A DNA stretch of 64,000 bases from an uncultured Thermoleophilia bacterium (GTDB lineage Bacteria > Actinomycetota > Thermoleophilia > UBA2241): the NCBI GenBank assembly GCA_963715985.1, contig CAVQSP010000014.1, positions 352,001 through 416,000 on the forward strand, given 5' to 3'. This document shows, in pieces, positions 22,142-31,624 of the stretch. Every line of letters starts with the position of its first letter. The stretch's first letter is position 1. A program made the translations under genes and the position numbers. The notes beneath the pieces are model-generated. The model saw nothing but the letters and a program-made list of their open reading frames with translations. It was not told the DNA's origin and ran no database searches.

Positions 22142-22798
22142 CGTGCGGCCCACACCTGGGTGACGAGATCCCCGCCGGGGAGTTCGCGGCCTGGCTGCGA
22201 GACACGCGCGCGGCGCTCGACGAGAAGCGCGAGGCTGACGTCCCGTGCGGGCCCTGCAACGCCTGCTGTCGCACGGCCCACTACATCCACGTCCGCCCCG
22301 AGGACAGGCGTGCGCTCCGTCAAGCTGCCGCGCGCGTACCTGTCGCCTGCCCCGGACCTGCCGCCGGGCAACCTGGTCCTCGGCTACGACGAGTCCGGGA
22401 GGTGCCCCATGCTCGTGGGCGGCCTGTGCTCGATCTATGCCGACCGGCCGCGCGCCTGCCGCACCTATGACTGCCGGATCTACGCGGCCGCAGGCATCGC
22501 GGCCGACCGGCCGGACATCGACGCCCAGGCGCGGCGCTGGACGTTCGCCTTTCCGTCCGCGCGGGACCGCGAAGAGCAGGCCGCCGTGCGCGAGGCGGTC
22601 GCCTTCATCCGCGAGCACCCGGAGTCGTTCCCCAGCGAGGCGGCCCATCGCCAGCCCCTTCGTGTCGCCGTGCTCGCCGTCGCCGTCCACGAGCAGTTCC
22701 TGCCCGGACGGCACCACGTGTGGCGCCGCGCCGACCCCGACCGTCGCAGGGTCCGTGTCATTGCCGATGCACATGAGCTTCTGTTCGGCGACGGTTGA
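22138..22798 (+). CDS. YkgJ family cysteine-cluster protein, copy 2 (frameshift near 22320)
   Basis: 'CGPCNACC', then 'CPML', 'CSIYADRPRACRTY' in the next frame. Confidence 0.82.
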
Positions 22799-23078
22799 CC
22801 CGTTCCGCGACCCCGCATAGCATCGGCCCTGTCCCCGGCGCCCGCCGGAGGCGCACTGCGACCGAGGAGGCGGTGATGGGCAAAGAGCTCTCCATCCTCG
22901 CGCACGACACGGTCGACCAGCCTCCTCCAGCTTCTCTCCTCTAGCCGCACGCCGCGCGTCCGCCGACGCGCAGCGCGGCTCCCGCACGCTCGCAGCCGGC
23001 GAGCCTCCACCATGCGACCCGTGCCTGTGGGGCTGCCTGTGGCCTCACCGCATCGCATGGTCGAGTCACGCCGCGGGC

Positions 23079-23095
23079 TGTATATTCCGTATGCA
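23079..23095. promoter_or_regulatory. Candidate operator TGTATA-N5-TATGCA overlapping a -10-like TATATT upstream of ord
   Basis: Near-palindrome; same motif and spacing as the site at 37398 upstream of orr. Confidence 0.5.
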
Positions 23096-23146
23096 TCCAT
23101 GAAAATCGGCGCCGTAGCGCGTTCGATACGCAAAGAGGAGTGAGCC

Positions 23147-24157
23147 ATGATCAAGGTCGCTGAGTGGGGCACCGGCATGATGGGCCAGGGTCTTCTGGGC
23201 TACATCCTGGACCGCCCGAAAGACATCGACCTCGTCGGCGTGATCGTCACCAACCCCGCCAAGGAGGGGAAGACCGTCGGCGAGCTGCTGGACCGCCCGT
23301 GCGACGTCAAGATGACCACCGACTTCGAGGCCGTGCTGGCCAAGAAGCCGGACGTCGTCTGCATCAACACGCAGTCCAACCTGAACGAGATCGAACCGCA
23401 GGTCATCCCGGCGCTCAAGGCCGGCTGCAACGTGATCTGCATCGCCGAGAAGCTCTCCTACCCGTGGGCCAGCGACCCGGAGCGCGCGGACCTGTTCGAC
23501 CGCGTCGCCAAGGCGAACGGTGTCAGCATCCTCGGCACCGGCATCAACCCGGGCTTCGTGCTCGACGCGCTCATCGTCATGTGGAGCTCCATCTGCTTGC
23601 GCGTGGACAGCATCGAGGCCTCCCGCGTCAACGACCTCTCGCCGTTCGGTCCGACAGTGATGGTCGGCCAGGGCGTGGGCACCACCGTGGAGCAGTTCGA
23701 GAAGGGTGTCGCCGACGGCAGCATCGTCGGCCACATCGGCTTCCCCGAGTCCATCGAGCTCATCGCCAGGGCGCTGAACTGGACGATCGACGAGATCGTC
23801 GAGACGCGCGAGCCCATCGTGACCGAGGTGGAGCGCTCCACGCCGCACGTGCACGTGCCAGCGGGCTGGGTCGCCGGCTGCAAGCAGGTGGGCAAGGGCT
23901 ACGTCAACGGTGAGCTCAAGATCCACCTCATCCACCCGCAGCAGATCCACCCCGAGATGGCCGGCCAGGGCACCGGCGACTACATCAAGATCGTGGGCGA
24001 CCCCAACGTGAACATGGTGAACTCCCCCGAGATCCCGGGCGGCAAGGGCACGTACGCCAGCACCGGCAACTACATCCCGCTGATGAAGGACGCAAAGCCC
24101 GGCATGCTGACCGTGGTCGACATGCCGCTGCCGCGCTTCTGGACGCCTACCGCCTGA
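23147..24157 (+). CDS. ord: 2,4-diaminopentanoate dehydrogenase
   Basis: 'WGTGMMG' Rossmann fold, 'GTGINPGFVLD', 'RVNDLSPFG', 'GHIGFPES', 'HPQQIHP'; synteny with ortAB/oraSE. Confidence 0.93.
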   Translation: MIKVAEWGTGMMGQGLLGYILDRPKDIDLVGVIVTNPAKEGKTVGELLDRPCDVKMTTDFEAVLAKKPDVVCINTQSNLNEIEPQVIPALKAGCNVICIAEKLSYPWASDPERADLFDRVAKANGVSILGTGINPGFVLDALIVMWSSICLRVDSIEASRVNDLSPFGPTVMVGQGVGTTVEQFEKGVADGSIVGHIGFPESIELIARALNWTIDEIVETREPIVTEVERSTPHVHVPAGWVAGCKQVGKGYVNGELKIHLIHPQQIHPEMAGQGTGDYIKIVGDPNVNMVNSPEIPGGKGTYASTGNYIPLMKDAKPGMLTVVDMPLPRFWTPTA

Positions 24158-24162
24158 GAGGG

Positions 24163-24534
24163 GTGACCGCGTTGACAGACGACGTCCGCGCCCGCGAGGG
24201 CGACTGGGTCGAGGTCGAGGCCACGCTGCTCGACCCTGCCGACCGCAGCACCAACCTGCCGCCGGAGACGGCGGACAAGCCGCTCCGGATGTGGATCAAG
24301 GGCTTCGCCCTGGGCGCAGCCTCTCTGGGCGAAGCCCTCACCGTCGAGACCATGACCGGCCGCCGCGTCGCCGGCGTGCTCTCCGCCGTCAACCCCGGCT
24401 ACTTCATCACCTACGGCAACCCGATCGCGGAGCTCACGCACGTGGGCCGCGACCTGCGCGCCCAGCTCGCGGCCTTCAGGGCGGCAGAGGCCGGCGGCCC
24501 CGGCGGCGCGCCGGCCGCAGGCGGTGAGCGCTGA
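24163..24534 (+). CDS. ortA: 2-amino-4-oxopentanoate thiolase subunit alpha
   Basis: 'GDWVEV...LPPET...PLRMWIKGF...ETMTGR...VNPGY'. Confidence 0.9.
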   Translation: MTALTDDVRAREGDWVEVEATLLDPADRSTNLPPETADKPLRMWIKGFALGAASLGEALTVETMTGRRVAGVLSAVNPGYFITYGNPIAELTHVGRDLRAQLAAFRAAEAGGPGGAPAAGGER

Positions 24535-25946
24535 TGGCCACACGATTCGACGCCATCATGGCGCGCCGCGGCGAGATCATGCGCAAGGCCCTGGGCATGG
24601 ACTACGACGAGTTCGAGCTCAGTCCCATCGCCTTCGACTACGAGCGCATGATGGCCGCAGGCGGCTACTCTCTCGAGGAGATCGTCGCCATCCAGGCCAA
24701 GGCCGGCGTCGGCAACACGCCGCTGCTCGAGCTGCGCAACCTCACCGACCTGGTGCGCAGCGTCAGCGCGCCCGGCATGGGTGCCCGCATCTTCGTCAAG
24801 GACGAGGCCGCCAACCTCGCCGGCGCCTTCAAGGACCGCCGCGCCAGCGTCAGCATCCATGTGGCCAAGGCCAAGGGCTACGAGGGCGTCATCGCGGCGA
24901 CGTCGGGCAACTACGGCGCCGCCGTCGCCAGCCAGGCGGCGCGCAACAGCCTCAAGTGCATCATCGTCCAGGAGACCTTCGACAGTCGCAAGGTCGGCCA
25001 GCCGGAGATCCTCGAGAAGGGCCGTATCTGCGAGTCCTACGGGGCGGAAGTGCTCCAGCTCACCGTCGGCCCCGAGCTCTTCTTCCACATGGTCGAGCTC
25101 CTCGATGCCACCGGCTACTTCGCGGCCTCGCTGTACAGCTCGTTCGGGGTGAGCGGCATCGAGACCCTGGGCCTGGAGATCGCCCGCGAGATGGAGGCGC
25201 TCACGGGGGCGCCGCCGACGCACGTCGTGGTCACCCACGCCGGCGGCGGCAACACCACCGGCACAGCTCGCGGCCTCAAGCGCGCCGGCGCCACGCAGAC
25301 GCAGATCGTCAGCGCCTCCGTGGACCTCAGCGGCCTGCACATGGCCAGCGATGACGACTTCAACCGCAAGAGCTTCACCACCGGCCACACCGGCTTCGGC
25401 GTGCCGTTCGCCACCTGGCCGGACCGCGCCGACGTGCCGCGCAACGCGGCCCGGCCGCTGCGCTACATGGACCGCTACCTCACCGTGACGCAGGGCGAGG
25501 TGTTCTACATCACGGAGGCCATGGCCAAGCTCGAGGGCCTCGAGCGCGGCCCGGCCGGCAACACGGCCATGACCGCGGCCGTCAGCCTGGCTCGCGACCT
25601 TCCGCGTGACGCCACCGTGGTGGTGCAGGAGACGGAGTACACCGGCGCCGGCAAGCACCACTGGAGCCAGCTCAACTTCGCCAAGCAGATGGGCGTGGGC
25701 GTGTGCAGCGGGGACCCGAAGAACAACGTCCCGGGCAAGGTCATCGTGATCCCCGAGCGGCTGGAGCAGATCCGCGCCAAGGACTTCGACGTGGCGCGCA
25801 TGCGCGCCAGCTACATCCGCAACGCGCTCAAGAACGCGCCCGAGGGCTACGTGCCCACGACGGACGACATCGCCTTCCTGGCGGTCGACACCAACTCCGA
25901 CGCGGCCGCCGTTGAGGCAACGCTCGCCGGGCTCAGGGAGGCCTGA
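24534..25946 (+). CDS. ortB: 2-amino-4-oxopentanoate thiolase subunit beta (PLP fold II)
   Basis: 'GNTPL', 'KDEAAN...FKDRRA', 'ATSGNYG', 'HMASD', 'ERGPAGN'. Confidence 0.93.
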   Translation: MATRFDAIMARRGEIMRKALGMDYDEFELSPIAFDYERMMAAGGYSLEEIVAIQAKAGVGNTPLLELRNLTDLVRSVSAPGMGARIFVKDEAANLAGAFKDRRASVSIHVAKAKGYEGVIAATSGNYGAAVASQAARNSLKCIIVQETFDSRKVGQPEILEKGRICESYGAEVLQLTVGPELFFHMVELLDATGYFAASLYSSFGVSGIETLGLEIAREMEALTGAPPTHVVVTHAGGGNTTGTARGLKRAGATQTQIVSASVDLSGLHMASDDDFNRKSFTTGHTGFGVPFATWPDRADVPRNAARPLRYMDRYLTVTQGEVFYITEAMAKLEGLERGPAGNTAMTAAVSLARDLPRDATVVVQETEYTGAGKHHWSQLNFAKQMGVGVCSGDPKNNVPGKVIVIPERLEQIRAKDFDVARMRASYIRNALKNAPEGYVPTTDDIAFLAVDTNSDAAAVEATLAGLREA

Positions 25947-25947
25947 C

Positions 25948-26310
25948 ATGGCGCGTGAGGACACCTACCTGCAGATCCGCGGCCACCTGGCCGAGCTCAA
26001 CGACGCCGAGCTGGAGGCCAGGTTCTGGGAGCTGGCGCAGCAGGTCGTCGACCCCTTGGTCGAGCTGGCGCGCACGCACACGTCGCCCAGCATCGAGCGC
26101 TCGGTGCTGATGCGCATGGGCGTGGACTCGCCGACCTGCATGGCCGTGGTCGGCGAGTGCGAGAAGCGCGGCCTGCTCGGCCACGGCGCAGGGCACGTCG
26201 TGCTGCACTGCAGCACGACCTGGGGCTGCGCCGCGCCCGAGGCCGCCCGCCGCCTCGCCGGCGGCGAGGGCTGGGACCTGGCCGAGCAGAAGTGGGGAGG
26301 GGCGCGATGA
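25948..26310 (+). CDS. oraS: D-ornithine 4,5-aminomutase subunit alpha
   Basis: 'RFWELA...HTSPSIERSVLMRMG...GLLGHGAGHVV'. Confidence 0.92.
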   Translation: MAREDTYLQIRGHLAELNDAELEARFWELAQQVVDPLVELARTHTSPSIERSVLMRMGVDSPTCMAVVGECEKRGLLGHGAGHVVLHCSTTWGCAAPEAARRLAGGEGWDLAEQKWGGAR

Positions 26311-28607
26311 ATACCCCACGTAGCGAGGGTATCGAGCGGGGCGCCGAAGGTGCACCGCTCCGTCTGCCGCCCCTCGACCCCGACGAGAAGCTGGATGTCG
26401 CCGCTCTGCTCGAAGACCTCGAGCACTACCGCCCGCGGCGCAAGGGCTGGCACTGGCGCGAGCTGGTGCCCGACCAGAAGCTCCACAAGTTCGTCTACAA
26501 GGAGACGTCCACGGGCGTCAAGCGCAGCATCCCGCTGCCGGCCGCCCACTACTTCGGCGACATCGACCCGCAGCCCGACTGCGTCGTGACCACGGAGATC
26601 GCCTCCGGGCGCTTCGAGGACGACATCCGCCGCATGCGCATGGCGGCCTGGCACGGCGCCGACCACATGATGGTCATCCGCACGGCCGGGCAGAGCCATA
26701 TGGACGGGCTCCTCGAGGGCACACCCGAGGGCGTCGGCGGCATCGCCGTCACGCGCAAGCAGGTGCGCGCCACGCGCAAGGCGCTCGACCTCATCGAGGA
26801 CGAGGTGGGCCGGCCCATCAACTTCCACTCCTACGTGAGTGGAGTCGCCGGCCCCGAGATGGCCGTGATGTTCGCGGAGGAGGGCGTGAACGGCGCCCAC
26901 CAGGACCCGCAGTACAACGTCCTGTACCGCAACATCAACATGTATCGCAGCTTCGTCGACGCGGCGGTGGCCAAGCACGTGATGGCCAGCGTGCGCATGG
27001 CGCAGATCGACGGCGCCCACAACGCCAACGCCACCGCCGTCGAGGCCTGGAACGTGATGCCCGAGCTGCTGGTACAGCACGCCATCAACTGCGCCTATTC
27101 GGAGAGCGTCGGGATGCCCAGGGAGGACATCTGCCTGAGCACGGTGCCGCCCGACGCGGCGCCGGCGCCTTGCATGCGCATGGACCTGCCCTACGCCGTC
27201 GCGCTCCGCGACTTCTTCGGCGACTACAAGATGCGCGCCCAGGAGAACACGCGCTACATGGAGGCCGACGGCCGCGACGCCACCGTGAGCCACGTCATGA
27301 ACCTCATGATCAGCCGGCTCACGAGCGCCGACATCCAGAGCACCATCACGCCCGACGAGGGCCGCAACGTGCCCTGGCACTACAACAACGTGGCGGCCGT
27401 CAACACAGCCAAGCAGAGCCTCGTCGGCATGGACGGCCTGCGCGAGATGGTCAAGATCGACCGTGAGGCGCCGGAGCTCAGGGCCAAAGTGCGCGAGATC
27501 AAGGAGCGCGCCGTCCTGTTCCTCGAGGCGATGCTGCATGAGGGCGGCTACTTCGCCGCCGTCGAAGAGGCCTACTTCGTCGACTCCGGCATCTACCCCG
27601 AGACGCACGACGACGGCATCGCCCGCAAGAGTGACGGCGGCGTGGCGGCCGGGACCATCGTCGAGCGCGCCGCCGACTACCTCGCCCCCGTGTGCCACCA
27701 CTTCGGCGAGAACCACCTGCCGGAGGGGTACGGCGACGCGTCTTCAGGCGGCGCGACGGCTTCGCCCGCCGCCGCCCACAAGCCCTGCGACCTCATCGGC
27801 GGCTGCACGCTGTGCGACGCCGACAAGGTGCCGTTCATCGACGAGCTCGACCCCGAGGACAACGTCAACGTGCGGCTGGCGCAGACGGCGGAGCTGCGCG
27901 AGAAGGGCCTCATCAAGCCCGAGGTCGAGTGGGCCGCCGACGGCTGGGTGGTGGTCACGCTCTTCCTGCCGGCCGCGCCTCGCGTGGCGCAGGCCGCGGC
28001 CCTCGAGTTCGGCCGCGCCATGAACCTGCACGACTGCGAGGTCATCAACAAGCAGGTCATGCACCCGGCCGAGGGCACGCTGATCGAGATGAAGGGCCGG
28101 CTGGACGCCGTCGTCGACCCGGCCCGCCTGGTGATCCCGCCGGAGCCGGTGGTGATGAAGGACGCGGAGATCAAGGCGTTCGTCACCGAGCGCAAGCTCA
28201 AGTGCGTGGCCGCCACCGTGGGCGAGGACGAGCACTCGGTGGGTATGCGCGAGATCATCGACATCAAGCACGGCGGCCTCGAGAAGTGGGGCTTCGGCTG
28301 CGAGTACCTGGGCACGTCGGTGCCGGTGGAGAAGGTCCTCGACGCCGCCATCGAGCACGCCGCCCAGATCGTCCTCATCTCGACCATCATCACGCACGGC
28401 GACATGCACCGGGACAACATGGAGAAGCTCGCCGACCTGGCCGTGGAGAAGGGCGTGCGCGACAGGCTGCTGCTCATCTCGGGCGGTACGCAGGTGACAG
28501 ACGAGCTGGCGCGAAGCTGGGGCATGGACGCCGGCTTCGGGCGCGGCGCCAAGGGCATCCACGTGGCGTCGTTCATCGTCGAGACGATGCGCGAGCGGGG
28601 GATGTGA
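26307..28607 (+). CDS. oraE: D-ornithine 4,5-aminomutase subunit beta (AdoCbl/PLP)
   Basis: 'EIASGRFEDD', 'HQDPQYN', B12 motif 'GEDEHSVG', PLP Lys in 'IDIKHGG'. Confidence 0.95.
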   Translation: MNTPRSEGIERGAEGAPLRLPPLDPDEKLDVAALLEDLEHYRPRRKGWHWRELVPDQKLHKFVYKETSTGVKRSIPLPAAHYFGDIDPQPDCVVTTEIASGRFEDDIRRMRMAAWHGADHMMVIRTAGQSHMDGLLEGTPEGVGGIAVTRKQVRATRKALDLIEDEVGRPINFHSYVSGVAGPEMAVMFAEEGVNGAHQDPQYNVLYRNINMYRSFVDAAVAKHVMASVRMAQIDGAHNANATAVEAWNVMPELLVQHAINCAYSESVGMPREDICLSTVPPDAAPAPCMRMDLPYAVALRDFFGDYKMRAQENTRYMEADGRDATVSHVMNLMISRLTSADIQSTITPDEGRNVPWHYNNVAAVNTAKQSLVGMDGLREMVKIDREAPELRAKVREIKERAVLFLEAMLHEGGYFAAVEEAYFVDSGIYPETHDDGIARKSDGGVAAGTIVERAADYLAPVCHHFGENHLPEGYGDASSGGATASPAAAHKPCDLIGGCTLCDADKVPFIDELDPEDNVNVRLAQTAELREKGLIKPEVEWAADGWVVVTLFLPAAPRVAQAAALEFGRAMNLHDCEVINKQVMHPAEGTLIEMKGRLDAVVDPARLVIPPEPVVMKDAEIKAFVTERKLKCVAATVGEDEHSVGMREIIDIKHGGLEKWGFGCEYLGTSVPVEKVLDAAIEHAAQIVLISTIITHGDMHRDNMEKLADLAVEKGVRDRLLLISGGTQVTDELARSWGMDAGFGRGAKGIHVASFIVETMRERGM

Positions 28608-28653
28608 GGCCGGCGGGACCCGGACCGGTACAGCCGACAGGAGGAAGGGGCGC

Positions 28654-28875
28654 ATGGCTCGTCTGTTGATGATCCTGACGTACATCGCCGGTGGTGTCGG
28701 CGTGGCGGTGGGCTTCTACGTGCTCGGTCAGGGGTCCGGGCATGGCGAGGACGCCCTCATCGCCGTCACCATCGGCTTCTGCGTCGTGATGGGCGGCCTC
28801 AGCTGGGTGCGCCACTTCCTGCTCGTCGTCATCGCGGCCACCGCCCTGGCAGACGCCGGGGTGCGCCCGTTGTGA
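28654..28875 (+). CDS. Small membrane hypothetical protein (possibly truncated)
   Basis: AGGAAGG RBS, hydrophobic 73 aa. Confidence 0.45.
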   Translation: MARLLMILTYIAGGVGVAVGFYVLGQGSGHGEDALIAVTIGFCVVMGGLSWVRHFLLVVIAATALADAGVRPL

Positions 28876-29411
28876 GGGGGGACATGGCACCGTTCGTCAT
28901 CATCGCGGTGGGGCTCATCGCCGCTACCATCCATCTGTTCGTGAGCCGCACGCCGCGTACCGCCGACCGCGTCCTCGCTCTGTATCTGCTCTACACGCTG
29001 CTGCTCGGCGTCGGTATCGGCGGTCTGTTCTCGGCCGTCGGCCACCTGGCCTTTGCGGACAGGGTGGCCGAGCAGCTGGGATGGCCCAGCGGCACGGGCT
29101 TCCAGACCGAGGTGGGTCTCTTCGACCTGGCCTTCGGCGTTCTCGGCGTGTGCTGCATCTGGTTCCGCGACCAGTGGTGGAACGCCACGGCGATAGGATG
29201 GGCGATCTTCGGTGTCGGCGCCGCGGCCAATCACCTCCTCGACGTCACCGCGAAGGGCGACAGCGCCAGCGGCAACGTCGGCTCCCTGGTCCTCGACCTG
29301 GTCGTCCCGGCGCTTCTGCTGGGCCTGCTCGTCGCCCTTCGGGTGGCGCAGCGCGGTCGCGCCCCGTCCGTCACGGCGGGATCCGCTTCGTCCGCGGCGG
29401 GCGGCGATTGA
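28872..29411 (+). CDS. Membrane protein (DUF6790-like)
   Basis: About 4 TM helices; 'LGWPSGTGFQTEVG...DLAFG' motif. Confidence 0.65.
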   Translation: MRGDMAPFVIIAVGLIAATIHLFVSRTPRTADRVLALYLLYTLLLGVGIGGLFSAVGHLAFADRVAEQLGWPSGTGFQTEVGLFDLAFGVLGVCCIWFRDQWWNATAIGWAIFGVGAAANHLLDVTAKGDSASGNVGSLVLDLVVPALLLGLLVALRVAQRGRAPSVTAGSASSAAGGD

Positions 29412-29450
29412 CCGCGTGACCGAGTGTCGAGCGCGTCCGGCAGATCGCGA

Positions 29451-29666
29451 TCAGGCTTCCTTGTGGTACTTGAACGACGCCTTCACCTTGGCCCTGTAGG
29501 CCACGACCTTGTTGTCGACGATGTGAAGGTCGAGCTGGGTGACCTCCGCCACGCGCAGGTCCTCGAGGTGCGAGGCGGCCTCTTCCACCGCCGTCTTGGC
29601 CGCCTCCTCCCACGACGTGTCGCTGGTGCCGATGATCTCGATCACCTTGTAGACGCTGCCGGCCAT
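29451..29666 (-). CDS. Dodecin family flavin-binding protein
   Basis: 'SVYKVIEIIGTS...SWEEAA...LRVAEV...YRAKVKASFKY'. Confidence 0.92.
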   Translation of the reverse strand: MAGSVYKVIEIIGTSDTSWEEAAKTAVEEAASHLEDLRVAEVTQLDLHIVDNKVVAYRAKVKASFKYHKEA

Positions 29667-29771
29667 GGCTCCTCCTTCGCGACATGTGGATGGTCCACGC
29701 TCATCCTGCCCGTCGCCGGCGCGGAAGCAGCGTTGGGTCCGGCGGTCAGGGCCACGGGCGGTGACGGTCCC

Positions 29772-31130
29772 GTGACCGTCACTGAGCCCTCCGCCGGCAT
29801 GCCGGTCGACGCGCTCGTCGCGGAGATCGGCTCCACCACCACCGTGGTCTCCGCGTTCGCCGGGCTGCGGGAGCCGTCCTCGACGCCCCACCTGGTCGGG
29901 CAGGGCGTCGCCGCCACCACGGTGGCCGACGGCGACGTGACCATCGGTGTCGGCGCCGCCCGGGCGCAGCTGGAGGCGGCCACAGGGCCGCTGGCGCCCT
30001 CCGTCACGCTGGCGACCAGCTCTGCGGCCGGCGGCCTGCGCATGACGGTGCACGGCCTCACGCAGCGCATGACGGCCATGGCGGCGCGCGAGGCCGCCCT
30101 GGGGGCCGGCGCGGTGGTCAAGTACCAGACCGCCGGCCTCCTGCGCGACCGCGACCTCCGCGAGATCGAGGCCGTTCGCCCCAACCTCATCCTCCTCGCC
30201 GGCGGCGTGGAGGGCGGCGACTGCGACACGGTGCTGGAGAACGCCCGTCGCCTCACCGATCTCGAGACGCGGCCGATCGTCGTGTACGCCGGCAACTCCG
30301 TGGTGTGCGCCGACGCTCAGGAGGTGCTGGAGACCGCCGGCTTCAAGGTCCGGCTCACCAGCAACGTGTACCCGGGCATCGACGAGCTGGACATCGTGCC
30401 CGCCCGGGCGGTCATCCACGACGCCTTCGAAGAGCACATCGTCCACGCGCCGGGCATGGAGCGCATCGGAGAGGTGGTCGGCGGGCGCATCCTGCCCACG
30501 CCGGGTGCGGTGCTCCTCGCGGCCGAAGTGCTGGCCGCTGAGGCCGGGGACCTCGTCGTCGTCGACGTGGGCGGCGCGACCACCGACGTGCACTCCATCA
30601 CCGACGGCAGTCCGGAGATCGCGGCGCTGATGACCGAGCCGCAGCCGCACAGCAAGCGCACGGTGGAGGGCGACCTGGGCACGTACGTCAGCGCGCCGCA
30701 CGTCGTGGAGATGCTGGCGGCGCAGGAGCGGCCCGTGCATCTGCCGCCGCCGCTGCCCTCGACGCGTGAGGAGATCGCGGCGGCGGTGACGCTGACGCAC
30801 TTCGCCGCCGTGACCGCCGTCCAGCGGCACGCCGGCAAGCTCACCCACCTCTACACGCCGAGTGGGCGCCAGACGGTGGCGCGCGGACGCGATCTGACGG
30901 CGTGCCGTCTGCTCATCGGCACGGGCGGGGCCCTCACGAGGCTGCCGGGCGGTGGAGCCATCCTTGCCGACGCGCGCGCGAGGACGGGCGGCGGGGAGAG
31001 GCTGCTGCCGCCGCCCGATGCGCGCATCGCCCTCGACGCGGACTACGTCTTCGCCTGCTGCGGCGCCTTGCTCGCGCACTTCCCACCTGCGGCGGTGCTG
31101 GCGCTCCTGCGCCGCAGCGCCGGCATCTGA
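29772..31130 (+). CDS. GlmL/MutL-related ornithine degradation protein (putative aminomutase reactivase)
   Basis: Actin-like ATPase motifs 'AEIGSTTT', 'SSAAGGL', 'PTPGAV', 'DVGGATTDVHS', 'RTVEGDLG', 'GTGG'. Confidence 0.88.
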   Translation: MTVTEPSAGMPVDALVAEIGSTTTVVSAFAGLREPSSTPHLVGQGVAATTVADGDVTIGVGAARAQLEAATGPLAPSVTLATSSAAGGLRMTVHGLTQRMTAMAAREAALGAGAVVKYQTAGLLRDRDLREIEAVRPNLILLAGGVEGGDCDTVLENARRLTDLETRPIVVYAGNSVVCADAQEVLETAGFKVRLTSNVYPGIDELDIVPARAVIHDAFEEHIVHAPGMERIGEVVGGRILPTPGAVLLAAEVLAAEAGDLVVVDVGGATTDVHSITDGSPEIAALMTEPQPHSKRTVEGDLGTYVSAPHVVEMLAAQERPVHLPPPLPSTREEIAAAVTLTHFAAVTAVQRHAGKLTHLYTPSGRQTVARGRDLTACRLLIGTGGALTRLPGGGAILADARARTGGGERLLPPPDARIALDADYVFACCGALLAHFPPAAVLALLRRSAGI

Positions 31131-31624
31131 GTCGCGCGCCCCGAGCAGGTCGCCGCTTCGCCGCAGGCACGCTACGCTGCCTGGGCGGGCGATCGACTCG
31201 TTCATGATTGTGCGGCCCCTGCCGATAAGCATTTCGAGGCGCTCGGCCGCCGCTGCGTGCTCGAGCTGGTCTCAGTGACCCGGGTACGTGATAGAGTGCG
31301 CAACCGCAGGCTGACAACAGTGAGGCTAGACAATTGAAGCCACGGTTACGATGTGTTTAGATTACCGCGTCGCGAACTCGGGGATGAGGAGGTTGAGTGT
31401 CGGAACGAGCACAGGCGATGTCCCCAACCGCCGCAGAGGGTTAGGCTACACAGGCCCGCGGCCCCGGATGAAGGGAGAGGTCCATTCCCGTCGAAGAGGA
31501 CGCTGACCGCCGCCTCGGCGGCTGATATTCACCATGCTGCCGGCGCGGTATACCGCGGCGGTAGTTGAGATATAGTGAGACAGAGTGTGGAAATGCGCTT
31601 CAGGGCAAAGAAACTAGGAGGTCC

